From: Felis catus
Taxonomy: Eukaryota
Assembly (NCBI RefSeq): GCF_018350175.1
Contig: NC_058368.1
Location: 106,828,001-106,892,000 of the forward strand
DNA length: 64,000 nucleotides
Direction: 5' to 3'
Positions 13,360-25,468 of the stretch are shown piece by piece. The notes beneath the pieces are model-generated. The model was not told where the DNA came from, searched no databases, and saw only the letters and a program-made list of their open reading frames with translations. How positions within the stretch are numbered: position 1 is the first letter of the stretch; each line of letters opens with the position of its first letter. Made by a program: the position numbers and the translations under genes.

Positions 13360-14130
13360 TTAAATGACATTTTAAAAAATCCCTTTTTTATCTCTGGAAA
13401 TCCCTGAAGTCCATGCTGTCTGGTATTAATATAGTCAGTATATCTTTTTTTATGATTAGTGTCTCATGCTTAAGTTTCCCTATCCATTTAGTTTTAATCT
13501 ACCTATTTTTCTGAACTGAATAGAGTGGGGTCTTCTTTTCCCCTTCTGGCCTGACAGTCTCTCTCTTTTCACCAATATCCTTAATGCATTTAAATATAAT
13601 ATAATTATGGGCATAGTGAATTATTTTCTGTGTTTTCCATGCCTTCTTATTCCTTTTTCCCTATTTCTCTGTCTTCTATTTTTTAGCCTTACACTTACTC
13701 TCTTTTATTTGCTTATTAGCTACATATAACTCTTGTTTTATATCTTTAGTGGTCACTTTAGGATTTACAAAGTGCATTTTTTAACTTCTTACACTCTCTT
13801 TTCAAATTATATTGTACCATTTTACATATAATATAAGTTCCTTAAAATAGTGTGCTTCCCTTTACCTGCTTCTCCTCCTTTTTGCTGTTATGCATTTTAT
13901 TTCTACATTCCATCTAATCACTTTATTTCTACATATGCTTTAATCACTAAAACAGATGTAATCATTTTTGCCTTAAAGCCAATCATCCTATAAAGAACTG
14001 ATTAACGAAAAAGCTTACTTAAGTATTTTTATGCATTTACTGGTGCCAACATTCTTCAGGCCTTCACATAGACACCCATTTCCACCTGGAACCATGTCCT
14101 TTCCACTTGAAGAACATCTGTCCTTTTACA

Positions 14131-14306
14131 TTTTTTTTTTCTTAATGTTTATTTATTTACTTTGAGAGAGAGGCAGACAGAGAATCCCAAGCAGGCTCTG
14201 CACTGACAGAGCAGAGCCCGATGCAGGGCTTCATCTCATTAACCGTAAGATCATGACCTGAAATCAAGAGTCAGATGCTAGCCCGACTGAGCCACCCGGG
14301 CACCCC
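14131..14306 (-). mobile_element. Can-SINE
   Basis: Reverse SINE ending gagccacccgggcacccc. Confidence 0.9.
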
Positions 14307-16899
14307 TGTGCTTTTTCATTTCTTGCAGAGCAACTCTGCTGGCAGAAAAATTATCAAATTTTGTTTTTCTGAGAGTGTATTTTTTTTCCTTTCTGAAGGA
14401 TATTTTCACTGGATATAGAATTCTATATTTTGTTTGGTTTTCCTTTTTTTTTTTTTTTTTTTTATTTTCTTCTTTCACTTTCAAGGTAATGTTTCATTGT
14501 CTTCTGGCTTGTATTAGTTCTGAGAGTATATCCAGAAAGTTTGTAATCCTTTTTCCTTATATATAATGTGCCTTTTTCCTCTCTGGCCATTTTTAAGATT
14601 ATTCTTCACATCATTGGATTCCAGCAGTTTGATTATGATATGCCTTGGTATGGCTTTCTTTGTGCTTATCATGCTTGGGTTCCCTTGTACTGAATAGTAC
14701 AGTAAGTTTATGGTGTTCATCAAATATGGAAAAAATTGGTGCATTATGTCTTCAAATAATTTTTGTGCCTACAGCCTATTCTCTGGGATGCCAATTATAC
14801 CAATGTGAGTTTATCACATTTCCTGTGAGTCTCTTCATTTTTTCAGCCTTTATTTTTCTCTTTGAATTCCAATTAGTTTCTAATCTATCAGCTGCTCTTC
14901 AAGTGTACTGGATTATTTTTCAATGTCTAATCTGCTCTTAAGCCCATTTAGTGAATTTATTGTTTCAGAGATTTTGTGTTTCTATTGTGAGAAATTAGAT
15001 TTGCTTATGTTCTTAAAGTTTCCATTTTTCTCTTTAATATTACAGATTTTTCTTTAAATTCTTGTGCATACTGAACATATATAATAGTTGGGTTTTTTTT
15101 TTTTAAGTCTTGGTCTGCTGGTTTCATCATCTCTCTGATTTCTGGGTCTCATTTTATTAACAGATTTTTTCCCCCTGATTCTGGGTCACATTTTCTGACT
15201 CCTTCACATATCTAGTAATTTTTTGGTTGGATGCTGGACACTGTTAATGTGACAGTTCCGAATGGCTGTTGTTTTTTATTGAGTGTTGAGTTTTATTTTG
15301 CTGCCCACTCAATTTAATTTCACATCAGCTTAACTTCTTGTAGCTTTTGTAAAGCCTTTGTTAGGGTGGGTCCAGAGTGGCCTTTATTCTGGGACTAGTC
15401 CAGCCTTATTTCTAAAGTGCACATTTTCTAAGTGCTCCACTGAAGTCTCTGTGTGTTCAGTAAGATCTACCCACTCTGAATGACTAGAACTCGTATGTCT
15501 TCCAACCCTACATGAGATCCAGGAGCTGTATAGTTTCCAGGCCCTATGTAGTTGCTTTTTCCCAGCCTTGAGGAATCTCACCACACTTATTTACACCTTG
15601 GTATTTAGCCACAGGCTCAAAGGAACACCTCAGCAGATTTTTGGAGCTTGATTCTGTGTAGCTCCTTCTTCTCCAGTACTCCGTAAAACAGATTCCAGAT
15701 GCCTTAGCCAATTTGAACTCCATTCTCTGTGTCGTCATCTCACTGAAGCCGTTTTTATCTGTGCTTTTCTTGAGTTCCCCTTCCCTGTGGTTTGGTCTAG
15801 TAAAAATCTTCAGGCAGAAAGTCAAACAATTTTAGAGATCTCATTTGTTCTCCTTCTCTTAGGGACCTCAGTTCTCTCCTGACATTGTCCAGTGTCTGAA
15901 AACAGTTGTTTCATCTATTTTTAGTTTTCTCATTGTTTAAAGTGGGAGAGTTAGTACACTTCCATTTGTTAAGGTACGGCCAGAAACAGGTTTTCTAAAA
16001 ACCCATTTTAAAGCTAATGAATTAAAAACAAAAACATAAAATGAGAAACATCACATACACAGAGTGTTAATTCTTCATATGAGGTTGCTATTAAGCTTAT
16101 AAATTATGTGGATTTTCAGGTACCTGTGTGTGCCATTTTGAGGGGAATGCAGAATTCCAGAAATGTCAGTTGAGTCTAAACATTATACTATAGCCACCCC
16201 TGGAAGGTTTTTAAAGGCATTTTTATTAGAGATTTTCAGGAAATGTTTCTTTATAATTATGTCCTGAGTATATGTTGAAATACAGGAACAATATGGAATT
16301 ATACGGACCACAGTTACCAATCTAGGCCAAAAAGATTTCTTAAAATATTTAATAGATCTTAGAGAAATATAAGGAAATATTTTATCTTTTAGGCAAAATC
16401 ATTTTTTAAATCAGTTTAGCATTATCTGAAGTATATCCATTTGTAGATGGTAATAGCTATTTGCAAAGTGGTAAGAGTTTTCTGTCACCATTATTTCCCT
16501 CTCAAATTTAAAATTCAAGGTAAAAGTGAATACTTACATATTTTTCATAAAATATTAAGCATATATATTTTCAGATTTATCTAAAATGTACTTTATGGAT
16601 AGTACATAATAATCTTATTATTTGGTAGAAATTAATATTGATAAGGTAAAATTTCGAAAATTTTGTTGATACATCACTTATAAAGTGGAAATACTAGCAC
16701 CAGAAAAATCCCTCAGTGGACCAGAAAAGCCTTAATAGAGAATTAATAATTTATTTTGTTAATTAAAATTTTTAAATGCAAATGCAAATGACTCATAAGC
16801 AAATGAAAAATACCTTTAACCCCAATAGCAACTAAAGAAGAGATTTTTTTTAAATCTACATTGTTCATAATTTAACTCCTGGTATTTCTCCTCACACAT

Positions 16900-17480
16900 G
16901 TTCTTTTGCTTGTCTTTCCCATCTCATTATTTGTTGTCATAACCCACCTGTTTTCTCATCCTAAAAGTGTTGCATCATACCTCATACTTCCTATCACCCA
17001 CGACAGCCAAGTCATCATCACATATTATCAGTTTCACTCCTAAATGCCTCTTGGTATTTTTCTCCAATACATGAATCCAAGCTACCATTACTTTCAGTTG
17101 GGCTACTGTGTTAATGTTATATACTGTCTTCCCCATCCAAATTTGCTCCATATCGGTCCATTTCTATACAACATTGTTCACAAACTTTTATAGCTTTGTA
17201 TTTTTTCTTAGGAAAAAAACCCTTAAAACATGAACAAGGCCTGTAAGGTCCGGCGATTCCTTACCTCTCCAGCCTCCTCCTATGATCCCCTTCAGTGCAT
17301 CTGGTGTCCTGCATACTTGCTCCCTGATTCTCACCAAGCTGTGACTTTTAAGGCCTTCCCATGTGTAGCTCTCTTGGTCTGGAATGTTCTTTCTCTGCTT
17401 CTCTTTTCCCCTGGTTAACATCCTCAGGAAATGATATCTTTCAGACAGGTTTTCTTCATTCTTCCCACATGAGTTTCAGC
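16900..17480 (+). mobile_element. L2 remnant
   Basis: tccaagctaccattactttcagttgggctactgt; tgtagctctcttggtctggaatgttctt are L2 3' motifs. Confidence 0.6.
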
Positions 17481-17665
17481 GTATTCCAGTTAGATTAGAA
17501 GTTCAATAAAGCCAGATAACATATTTATAATTGTTAATTTGGGGAGGTCCCAGAAGTTTTGAGCATTTCCTACTTTATAGCTGATAGCTGATAACTGTTC
17601 AGTCATGATGAAATATTATACAAGAAAAGGGTGCTTCCATGAGGTATTTGAAGCTGGGTACTCTT

Positions 17666-17890
17666 TTTTTTTTTTAATTTTTTTTTTCAACGTTTATTTA
17701 TTTTTGGGACAGAGAGAGACAGAGTATGAACGGGGGAGGGGCAGAGAGAGAGGGAGACACAGAATCGGAAACAGGCTCCAGGCTCTGAGCCATCAGCCCA
17801 GAGCCTGACCCGGGGCTCGAACTCACAGACCGCGAGATCGTGACCTGGCTGAAGTCGGAGGCTCAACCGACTGCGCCACCCAGGCGCCCC
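17666..17890 (-). mobile_element. Young feline Can-SINE
   Basis: CpG-rich; perfect 17-bp TSD tgaagctgggtactctt (17649, 17891). Confidence 0.97.
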
Positions 17891-18344
17891 TGAAGCTGGG
17901 TACTCTTGATCACTGTTACAGAAGCCTAAATTGATGCAACATTTGTGAAAATCAATTTAAAAATATTTCTCACAGTCTTGAAATGTTTAACGTATTTGGG
18001 TCTGTAATTCCAAATCTGGGATTCTGTCTGAGGCAAATATTCAGATATACACATTATACGGTACATTTATCTGAGTATTATTTATAATATAAAAAACTTG
18101 GAGATGGTCAAATATTCAATCCATGAAGATTAGCTTAAACAATATTTAGGAAGATTTATTGGCTTACCTTATCAAAACATTTTCATAGAACTATGACATA
18201 AAAGCCTTCAATTAACCTTCATATAAATGTCTCTTAGAGAATTCAATTATGTGGAAGAGTCTGGAAGTTTCAATTAAAAAAAAATCATTTGAAACAAAAC
18301 AAGGACATGTTCAACTGTCATAATATTTTTGAACCTCTTTATAG

Positions 18345-18502
18345 CTCTACGTGACACTGGAAAGCAGTCTATTAATAGTGACTGGAAGATTGAACACTCG
18401 GGAGCATTCAACTTAGCGGGCACTACTGTTCATTATGTAAGACGAGGCCTCTGGGAGAAGATCTCCGCCAAAGGTCCTACCACATCACCTCTACACCTCC
18501 TG
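18345..18502 (+). CDS. ADAMTS19: ADAMTS19 internal exon (spacer domain), 158 nt, phase 1-0
   Basis: ctttatag|CTCTACGT...CTCCTG|gtatga; (A)[52 protein letters not shown], with spacer motifs AGT and GPT. Confidence 0.95.
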
Positions 18503-18662
18503 GTATGAGGGGACGAACTGAGGACATTGCATAATCCGATTCCTATGGCAAAGGGCTTTCCCAATGTACCTTGTCTAATCTTTTTTCCAAGGTTGAATTG
18601 TCAGGTAGACATTCAAAATTATCCGAGAGGTGGGTTTTTAGGTTTTCATTTTAATGTATTCT

Positions 18663-18884
18663 TTTTTTTTTAATTTTTTTTAACGTTTGTTTATTTTTGA
18701 GACAGAGAGAGACAGAGCATGAACAGGGGAGGGTCAGAGAGAGAGGGAGACACAGAATCCGAAACAGGCTCCAGGCTCCGAGCGGTCAGCACAGAGCCTG
18801 ACGCGGGGCGCGAACCCACGGACCGCGAGATCATGACCTGAGCCGAAGTCGGACGCCCAACCGACCGAGCCACCCAGGCGCCCC
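18663..18884 (-). mobile_element. Young Can-SINE
   Basis: CpG-rich; TSD tcattttaatgtattct. Confidence 0.96.
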
Positions 18885-19679
18885 TCATTTTAATGTATTC
18901 TAAATCACGATGTCAAAGCCAGAAATTACTGGGGGAAGAACAAGATGTTTTAGGGAATTCACGGACTCAAAGTAGAAGCAAATCATCAGGCAAGAAGGAG
19001 CCTATTTTTTCTAAGAGGAATTTTACTAACAGCATCTTAGTGAATCGCTAACCAGAGTGGATGTCTGTAAAGACAGGGTTATAGTGTGGCCAATCATAGC
19101 ATTTCAAGCATCGATGGAATGGGCATTTTCTGAATCTATATAAAATGCCTTTGATAAAATGATATCCTCCCTGGGAAAAGATTTGGTAAACACGTCTAAC
19201 AGTGCTTCCAATCACCCTCTTCTGTTCTCTTATAGGTGAATTGATTCCTGTAAAGAATTAGGAAAATTTGAGTGTTTCTTATTACCATGTAGTAAAAGAC
19301 TCAGTATGAGGCAGGACCGAGTATGAAGTGAAGGGAGCAGAATGCTGGGGCTCTGTGTCTCAGCTGGTGGCCGGTTCACATGCCCCTTTTGACCTTGATC
19401 TTTGCAGTCACTGGTAATGGCTCGGTAGCCAAACACTCACTGCACAGCTGGCACGTTCTCCATCTTAGTGGCAAAGTCTGAAATTCAGACACTTCAACAC
19501 CTCCTTAAGTCCACACATAAAAACAACTCTAAAACACGATCAACTGACTGTTTATTTGGAGTGTAGTGTGCCACATTACTTAATATCGGCACACAATTCA
19601 AGTTTTGAATTTGTCTTCAATTGGAGACATCTGTGTTGCTGGTCTAGGAGCCAGAGGTTCAAATCACATATCAGCCCGT

Positions 19680-19842
19680 TTGCTTTTTCTGCTTTAATGT
19701 TCCTGCAGATCACCTGGGGTTCTTGTTCAAATGCCCATTCTGATTCGTTTCATCTGGGGTGGGACATGAGCTCTTCGTTTCTGACCAGCTCCCAGATGAT
19801 GTCACTGCTGCTGGTCCAGTGACCACATTTCAGATAACAGTG
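19680..19842. mobile_element. MER5-like hAT-Charlie MITE
   Basis: cagatcacctggggttcttgttcaaatg...ctgaccagctcccagatgatgtcactgctgctggtccagtgaccacattt resembles MER5A/B. Confidence 0.8.
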
Positions 19843-19929
19843 TTTCATGGAACTGAAATCATAGACCTTACCAACAGGAAGGAAGGGAGCCAAGTGAGAT
19901 GCATGGGGACCTTCTGCTCCAGATCTTAA

Positions 19930-20170
19930 TAGTAATGATCATACATACCACTCACTGAGCCCTGAGTCAGACACTGTTCCAAAGGGCTTTGCATTCATTA
20001 AAGCATTTAATCCTTACAGTAACCCTGAGTGATATGTATTATTACTGTTCCATTTCACAGATTAAAAAATAAACTTAGTATGAAATAGGTTAAGTAACGG
20101 GGACAGCGTCTCACCGTAAGTCATTCAGCTGTGAATAAACCAGGTGTTAGTCTCTCCTGATATAAAGCTT
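19930..20170 (-). mobile_element. MIR remnant
   Basis: catttaatccttacagtaaccctgag...attactgttccatttcacagat. Confidence 0.75.
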
Positions 20171-21662
20171 AGATGTAAGTTCTTCACACCAGACAGCATG
20201 GTATGCATATACTTTCAATCATTATGTTCTTCATCTCCTCACAGTTTCTTTGGATCCTGTTATTTAATTTGAATTGGAAACTCCACTCTGTGCCCTATGC
20301 CATCTGGAGAAAGAAAAAAAAAGTGACTTAACCAAACACTGTATGACCAATATCTGGCTCTTTCCATGATTGGGTCACTTATAATAACAACATTATCAAC
20401 AACAAACCAATATTTAATGCCTGGGTTGCAGAAAATGCCACCGGGTAACCTGCCTTATATGAATGTAACCTACATTTTTTATGGAACAAGACCGGTGCTC
20501 TTTATTAAGTCTCTAATTCAAAATCTTAAAACGGTCTGTGAGATCTCAGTGTTGGGCAGAGGAGTTTCCTTGCTGCAGAATCCTTAATCTGCCTGGTAAT
20601 TACCAAGGTTTTTCCTGGAAGCATGAAGCATAATTAAAGTCAGTGAACTATGTCTAAAAGAAGGCATCTATGTGACCTGGATTTATTCAGTAATCCAAGG
20701 GAAACTGCACTTCTAAGATATTTTTCTTTAATGACTATTACAGATTGAAAGCCGGTACTGAATTTTGAAAGGCAATACCTTCTGCTGCCATGCTTCAAAA
20801 TGTGCCCCTCAACTGTAACGCGGTCACACTTTCCTTCTCGCAGAGATACACTGCCAAACTCAGATGGTTTAAGAGCGAGCTAATGATTTTGTAGCCAATG
20901 TCTTTATTTTAAATGGCATTAGATATTCAAGGACAATCTAAAGTTCTATCAATGAAAAGGTAGTTTTTTAAGGAAAAAGAGACATGTTTTCATTAAATTA
21001 AAGAAGTTGGCAAATAGCTGTAATTTATGTTCCTTTTATCCCTTTAAAAACTATGTAATAGTCTGGTTATGTCCATAAACAAGATAAGTCAATCTCTATC
21101 TCTCTCTCTCTTAACTCATTTAGCCCCAAGTCACTTATAACTGGCAACATCAAATGCGATATTTAATGCCAAAATCAACACTGTGATGTACTTAGAATGA
21201 GTATCCCAGTATGTTATGTGTACGTGAATTTAAAAACTATTATTTTTATTATTGATACAACTGATTTATAATTCCAGTATGTTAGTTCCCAGATCCACAT
21301 ATTAAAATATATCTTAGCATTTCTGTTGATATATTGAGCAGAATATTGAGGGAAAAAAAGCAAAGAAAATTAACCCTAGGCTCATGTAATTTTTTTTCCC
21401 ATTGAGTGTTAACTGTAAATTACCTGTCATTACAACTCCCTTGATAGAGGTTTAATATCCAACAAAGTTCTTTAATAACTTAACAAAATATAAATTTTAG
21501 ATAATGTTTTATGCATGATATTGCATTGTATAGATTCTCAGATTCAAAGAAGTAATATGTTCCATGGGGTTGACATATTTTGTGTAAATGTACTTCTAAA
21601 GGAACATATATTCTCATTCATTCTTTCATTTAAAATGAATATACTTCAGGCATTTTTCTGTC

Positions 21663-21905
21663 ATTTATTTTATTTTATTTTTTATTTTTTTTAAGTTTTT
21701 ATTTTTTTAAGTTTATTTATTTACTTACTTAGAGAGATGGAGGGAGAGGCAGAGAGAGAGAGAGGGAGAGACAGAGAATCCCAAGCAGGATCCACACAGT
21801 CAGCATAGAGCCCGATGTGGGGCTCAATCTCACAAACCATGAGATCATGACCCAAGCTGAGATCAAGAGTCAGATGCTTAACCTACTCAACCACCCAGGC
21901 ACCCC
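21663..21905 (-). mobile_element. Can-SINE
   Basis: Reverse SINE with long T-rich tail. Confidence 0.93.
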
Positions 21906-22746
21906 TCTTTCATTTAAAATAGACATGATTGCCCAAGATGATGTCCTTCTAATCTTGGCACTGGGCACCAGGGAGGAGCAAAACAGACATGGTCTCTGCT
22001 TATGTGCTAGTCCAGTGTGGCCCAGTGTGCAGTTACCCTCATGCATTTTTCTTGGTTTGTTGCACTGTTTACATATGTGTACCTAACTGTACCATTATTA
22101 AGTTAATATTTATTAAAGAGTTCATTTTAACATAAATTTCTTTTCAAATGAAATGATCTTTGCTGCAAATGGAAAATCAGTAATCTTGCCAAAATTGGAA
22201 GTTAACTTTAAGCAACATGGAAAAATATTGTTGTTCTCTGGTTAATTTAGACGTTCTCTATCCCTTCTGGGGTGAAGTGATTCCCAAAGTCTTCTATCCT
22301 CTTCCTCTACCAGTGACACAGGGACTTTCTGTCCATCTTTCTGTTTTATATGAGTGGAAGGTCTACGTTTGACATTAGATTATGGCTTATCTCTTGAAGT
22401 TAGGTAGGACAGATAGCCCCGTCCCCTCCACTAACTTCATCTTCTACATGTATCATAATTTGGGAAATTGCCTAGTCCATTCATAGATTAAAAAAAAAAT
22501 GATCTGGTATCTCTGACCTCATTAAGTGGGCCATTTTTCATGTTGTCTTTAGCTCAGAGGTAAATGTGTAGCACCAGTCTTTTCAGAAGTATGACACTTC
22601 GATGATTTCAGTAATAATGTCACAATTCTGCATGTAAAAAGAGCATGTAATAAGTGTTTTAAGATATCAGTATCCTTGGTATTAGACTTCACATTGTCTT
22701 TGCTCTCCTTTAACCCATCTGCCTTGATCACTCTTATATATTATAG

Positions 22747-22900
22747 GTGCTGCTATTTCAAGACCAAAATTATGGTCTTCACTATGAATATACTATCCCG
22801 TCGGACCCTCTTCCAGAGAATCAGAGCTCAAAAGCACCCGAACCCCTTTTTATGTGGACGCACACAGGCTGGGAAGATTGTGATGCCACGTGTGGAGGAG
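22747..22900 (+). CDS. ADAMTS19: ADAMTS19 internal exon (end of spacer, start of TSP1 repeat), 154 nt, phase 0-1
   Basis: ttatag|GTGCTG...GGAGGAG|gtgaag; VLLFQDQNYGLHYEYTIPSDPLPENQSSKAPEPLFMWTHTGWEDCDATCGG(G); matches ORF-track 22747..22950 up to the donor. Confidence 0.95.
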
Positions 22901-25164
22901 GTGAAGGATTTTCCAATATTTATCTTACCAAAACTGTAGTTGTTTTCTGATTACTCACTGAGAATTAAGACAGCTCTGCAAACCCTTCTCTGAAATTCCA
23001 AGCTCCATAAAGGAGTGGAACCTGAAAGTTTTTTGTGACCCATTTGGCCCCTAAAAGCCGAACTCTTCTGTGGCAAAATTGGACGTGATTTGAAAAAAGG
23101 CCATTTACAGTGATTCATTGCATTGCTTTGCGTAAATATTAATGCATTTGCTTGCAGGGTTGCCCTAGACCCCACACAAGCTCTTCCATCATGCCTCATG
23201 CTTTTATAGTTACTTTCTGTATTTACTTTTTAATTTTCTAGAATCTTAACAGCTTCAAATTCTGGAGTACCTCTACCCACAAGAACTGTAGACCTGCAAT
23301 AAATATAAGGGTGCTGTGAAGCAGCAGCCTCAAGCTTGCTTCTTTGCTGTCTGAATACTTAGGGTGACTAGACGGAGCACATGGAGGACATCATTTCATT
23401 CCCCCACTGCTTTCTTCCGATTTTTCAAAAGTATATGTCACTATTTTCTATAAAATATGGATGTATCTCGAAACTTCACTCACAGGTTTTAAATTATTTT
23501 TTCATAGTAGAACTTAAGGAGGCAAAAGCCCAAAATTACCTCGGCCTAAAATGTGAGCCTAGCAAATCACTTAATCCTGCTAATGAGATCCTTGATTCCC
23601 AGAGATTCAACAGATTGTCACTCTCAGAGCCCGTTAGGCCAAGGCAAGATCTCCGGTCATGAGCAGCATAGTATTTCCGTTGTGCTTTGTACCTCATAAC
23701 ACATTTTCTATAGTTCTTTAGCAAGAGCTTCTTTTGAAGGCTAAAAGGAAACATTATATTCAATTATACCAAAATATAGAGAAGTGGAATATCAGTTTTG
23801 TTTTCCAGGCAAAGAAACTGTTGATATACATACCCTAAGTGTGCTGCGGCAGGAGCAGGCAAAGGTACAAACCAGACTAGCCTGTGGGGGAGAAGGTTTG
23901 GGGGAAAAGGGAAAGGAAAATATACAATACGAAGAAGTAATATATTTTCAAAATGTGAAGAATACTCTCGATGAAAATTAAGCAAGAGAGAAAAATAAAT
24001 ACGGGTTGGGAGTTGGGAGGGGGTAGGTGCAGAAAATAGTCTGAGAAGGCCCCAGTGAGGAGACCACACTGATTTAAAAATCTGTAGTGACTATGGATGG
24101 GCACAAGAGGATGTCTGGTGGGGTGTCCGGTGGGAATGGGTTCCAGGCAAAGGTTCTGAGGTGGGAGTAGAGCTGGCATGCTCCAGGAATAGCAAGAATG
24201 CTAGCATGGTTCTCCTTTACTGAGTGATGTTATGTGCCATTAGAGGATTTGAATAGAGAAGTGGCTTATTCTGGTTTATGTTTTAAAAAGGTTTTTCTAT
24301 GTCTGAGTTGAGACTAGATGGAATAAAAGAAAAGAGGAGAAGTAGATCAACCAGAAAGTTATTGCAATAATCTAAGAAAGAGATGATAATAGTTTGGCCA
24401 CAGTGGTAGCAGTAGACATAGGAGGATGTGGTCAGGTTCTGTATATTTTTTAAAGTAGAATCAATAGAATCTGTTGAAAGGCTACATGTGGAGTGTGAGA
24501 GAAAGAAAGGTGTCAAGGATGACTGTGATGGCTTTGACCAAGCAACTGGCAGGACAAAGTCACCATCAACTTACCTAGGAAAGCCTGTGCAATAGCATGA
24601 TTAAGAAAGAGTTTGATTTCTAACAGAAGTGTGAGATCCCTATGGGACATCTAAGTGTGACATCAAGTAAGATATGTAAGTTGGGTGACCGGGAGAGAAG
24701 ATCAGACTAGAGATAGAAAATATATGGTAGGTATTCTAAAATGCTGAGGCTCAAGTCAACTAAGGAGTGAGTGAAGAGAGAGAGACGCTGCTAAAGGATT
24801 GAGTCTTGGGGCACTCTACTCTTTAGACTAAGCAGCAAAGCAAGTTAAAATGAGTAACCACCATCATAGGAGAAGAAGCAGGCAGAAGAGAGTGCTTTCA
24901 GCTAAAGTTGCTTTCAGCTCTTCCTGGGGACGAAAGAAGTATTGTAACATGGCGATCTGTCCCATTAAGCAGAATATAGGTCTTCAGTTTCTTTTGGGGG
25001 TTGGCACCCTCCTTACTCAAAGCTGTTTCCCAAAGGAACATTAGAAGTCAAACGTGGAGCAGGTCAGTGGCTTCTCTCTGGTGCCCCCAAAGGAGAGGGT
25101 GCCGGGCTCAGCATGAGACATGAGGGTATACAGGAAGAACCTCTAGGGGAAGTAAGTGAGAAAG

Positions 25165-25256
25165 TGATTACTCACTGAGAATTAAGACAGCTCTGCAAAC
25201 CCTTCTCTGAAATTCCAAGCTCCATAAAGGAGTGGAACCTGAAAGTTTTTTGTGAC
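25165..25256 (+). repeat. Exact 92-bp dispersed duplication of 22948-23039
   Basis: Identical sequence tgattactcactgagaattaag...gaaagttttttgtgac at both sites; the copy is flanked by gtaagtgagaa(a/g)gtg direct repeats. Confidence 0.97.
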
Positions 25257-25355
25257 ACAAAAAAAAATGTAAGTGAGAAGGTGTTATAAGAGGGATAGAA
25301 TGATCAACTCTATCAAAAACTAACAGGTCAAAAATACTGTAGACTGAAAGTTGAC

Positions 25356-25468
25356 TATTATATTCAAATATATTTATTATATTTTCAGATGTATTTATTT
25401 TAAATATATTTATTATTATATTTTCAAATATATTTATTTGATTTAAATATATTTATTATATTTGAAAT
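25356..25468. repeat. AT-rich minisatellite (aaatatatttatt units)
   Basis: Four copies of aaatatatttatt plus a degenerate copy. Confidence 0.85.

Larger units (their letters stand above)
11780..15950 (-). mobile_element. Long old L1 remnant (ORF2 5' part, ORF1, 5'UTR) containing four SINEs
   Basis: ORF-track 14514..14744 (IPRHIIIKLL...KRHIIYK) and 14278..14484 (RILYPVKISF) are L1 ORF1p motifs; T-rich antisense ORF2 at 11800-12660. Confidence 0.85.

Noticed and set aside
25152..25157. GTAAGT consensus donor in the repeats flanking the 92-bp insert, suggesting a cryptic exon
   Set aside because: No convincing acceptor or open exon upstream; the hexamer alone is common.
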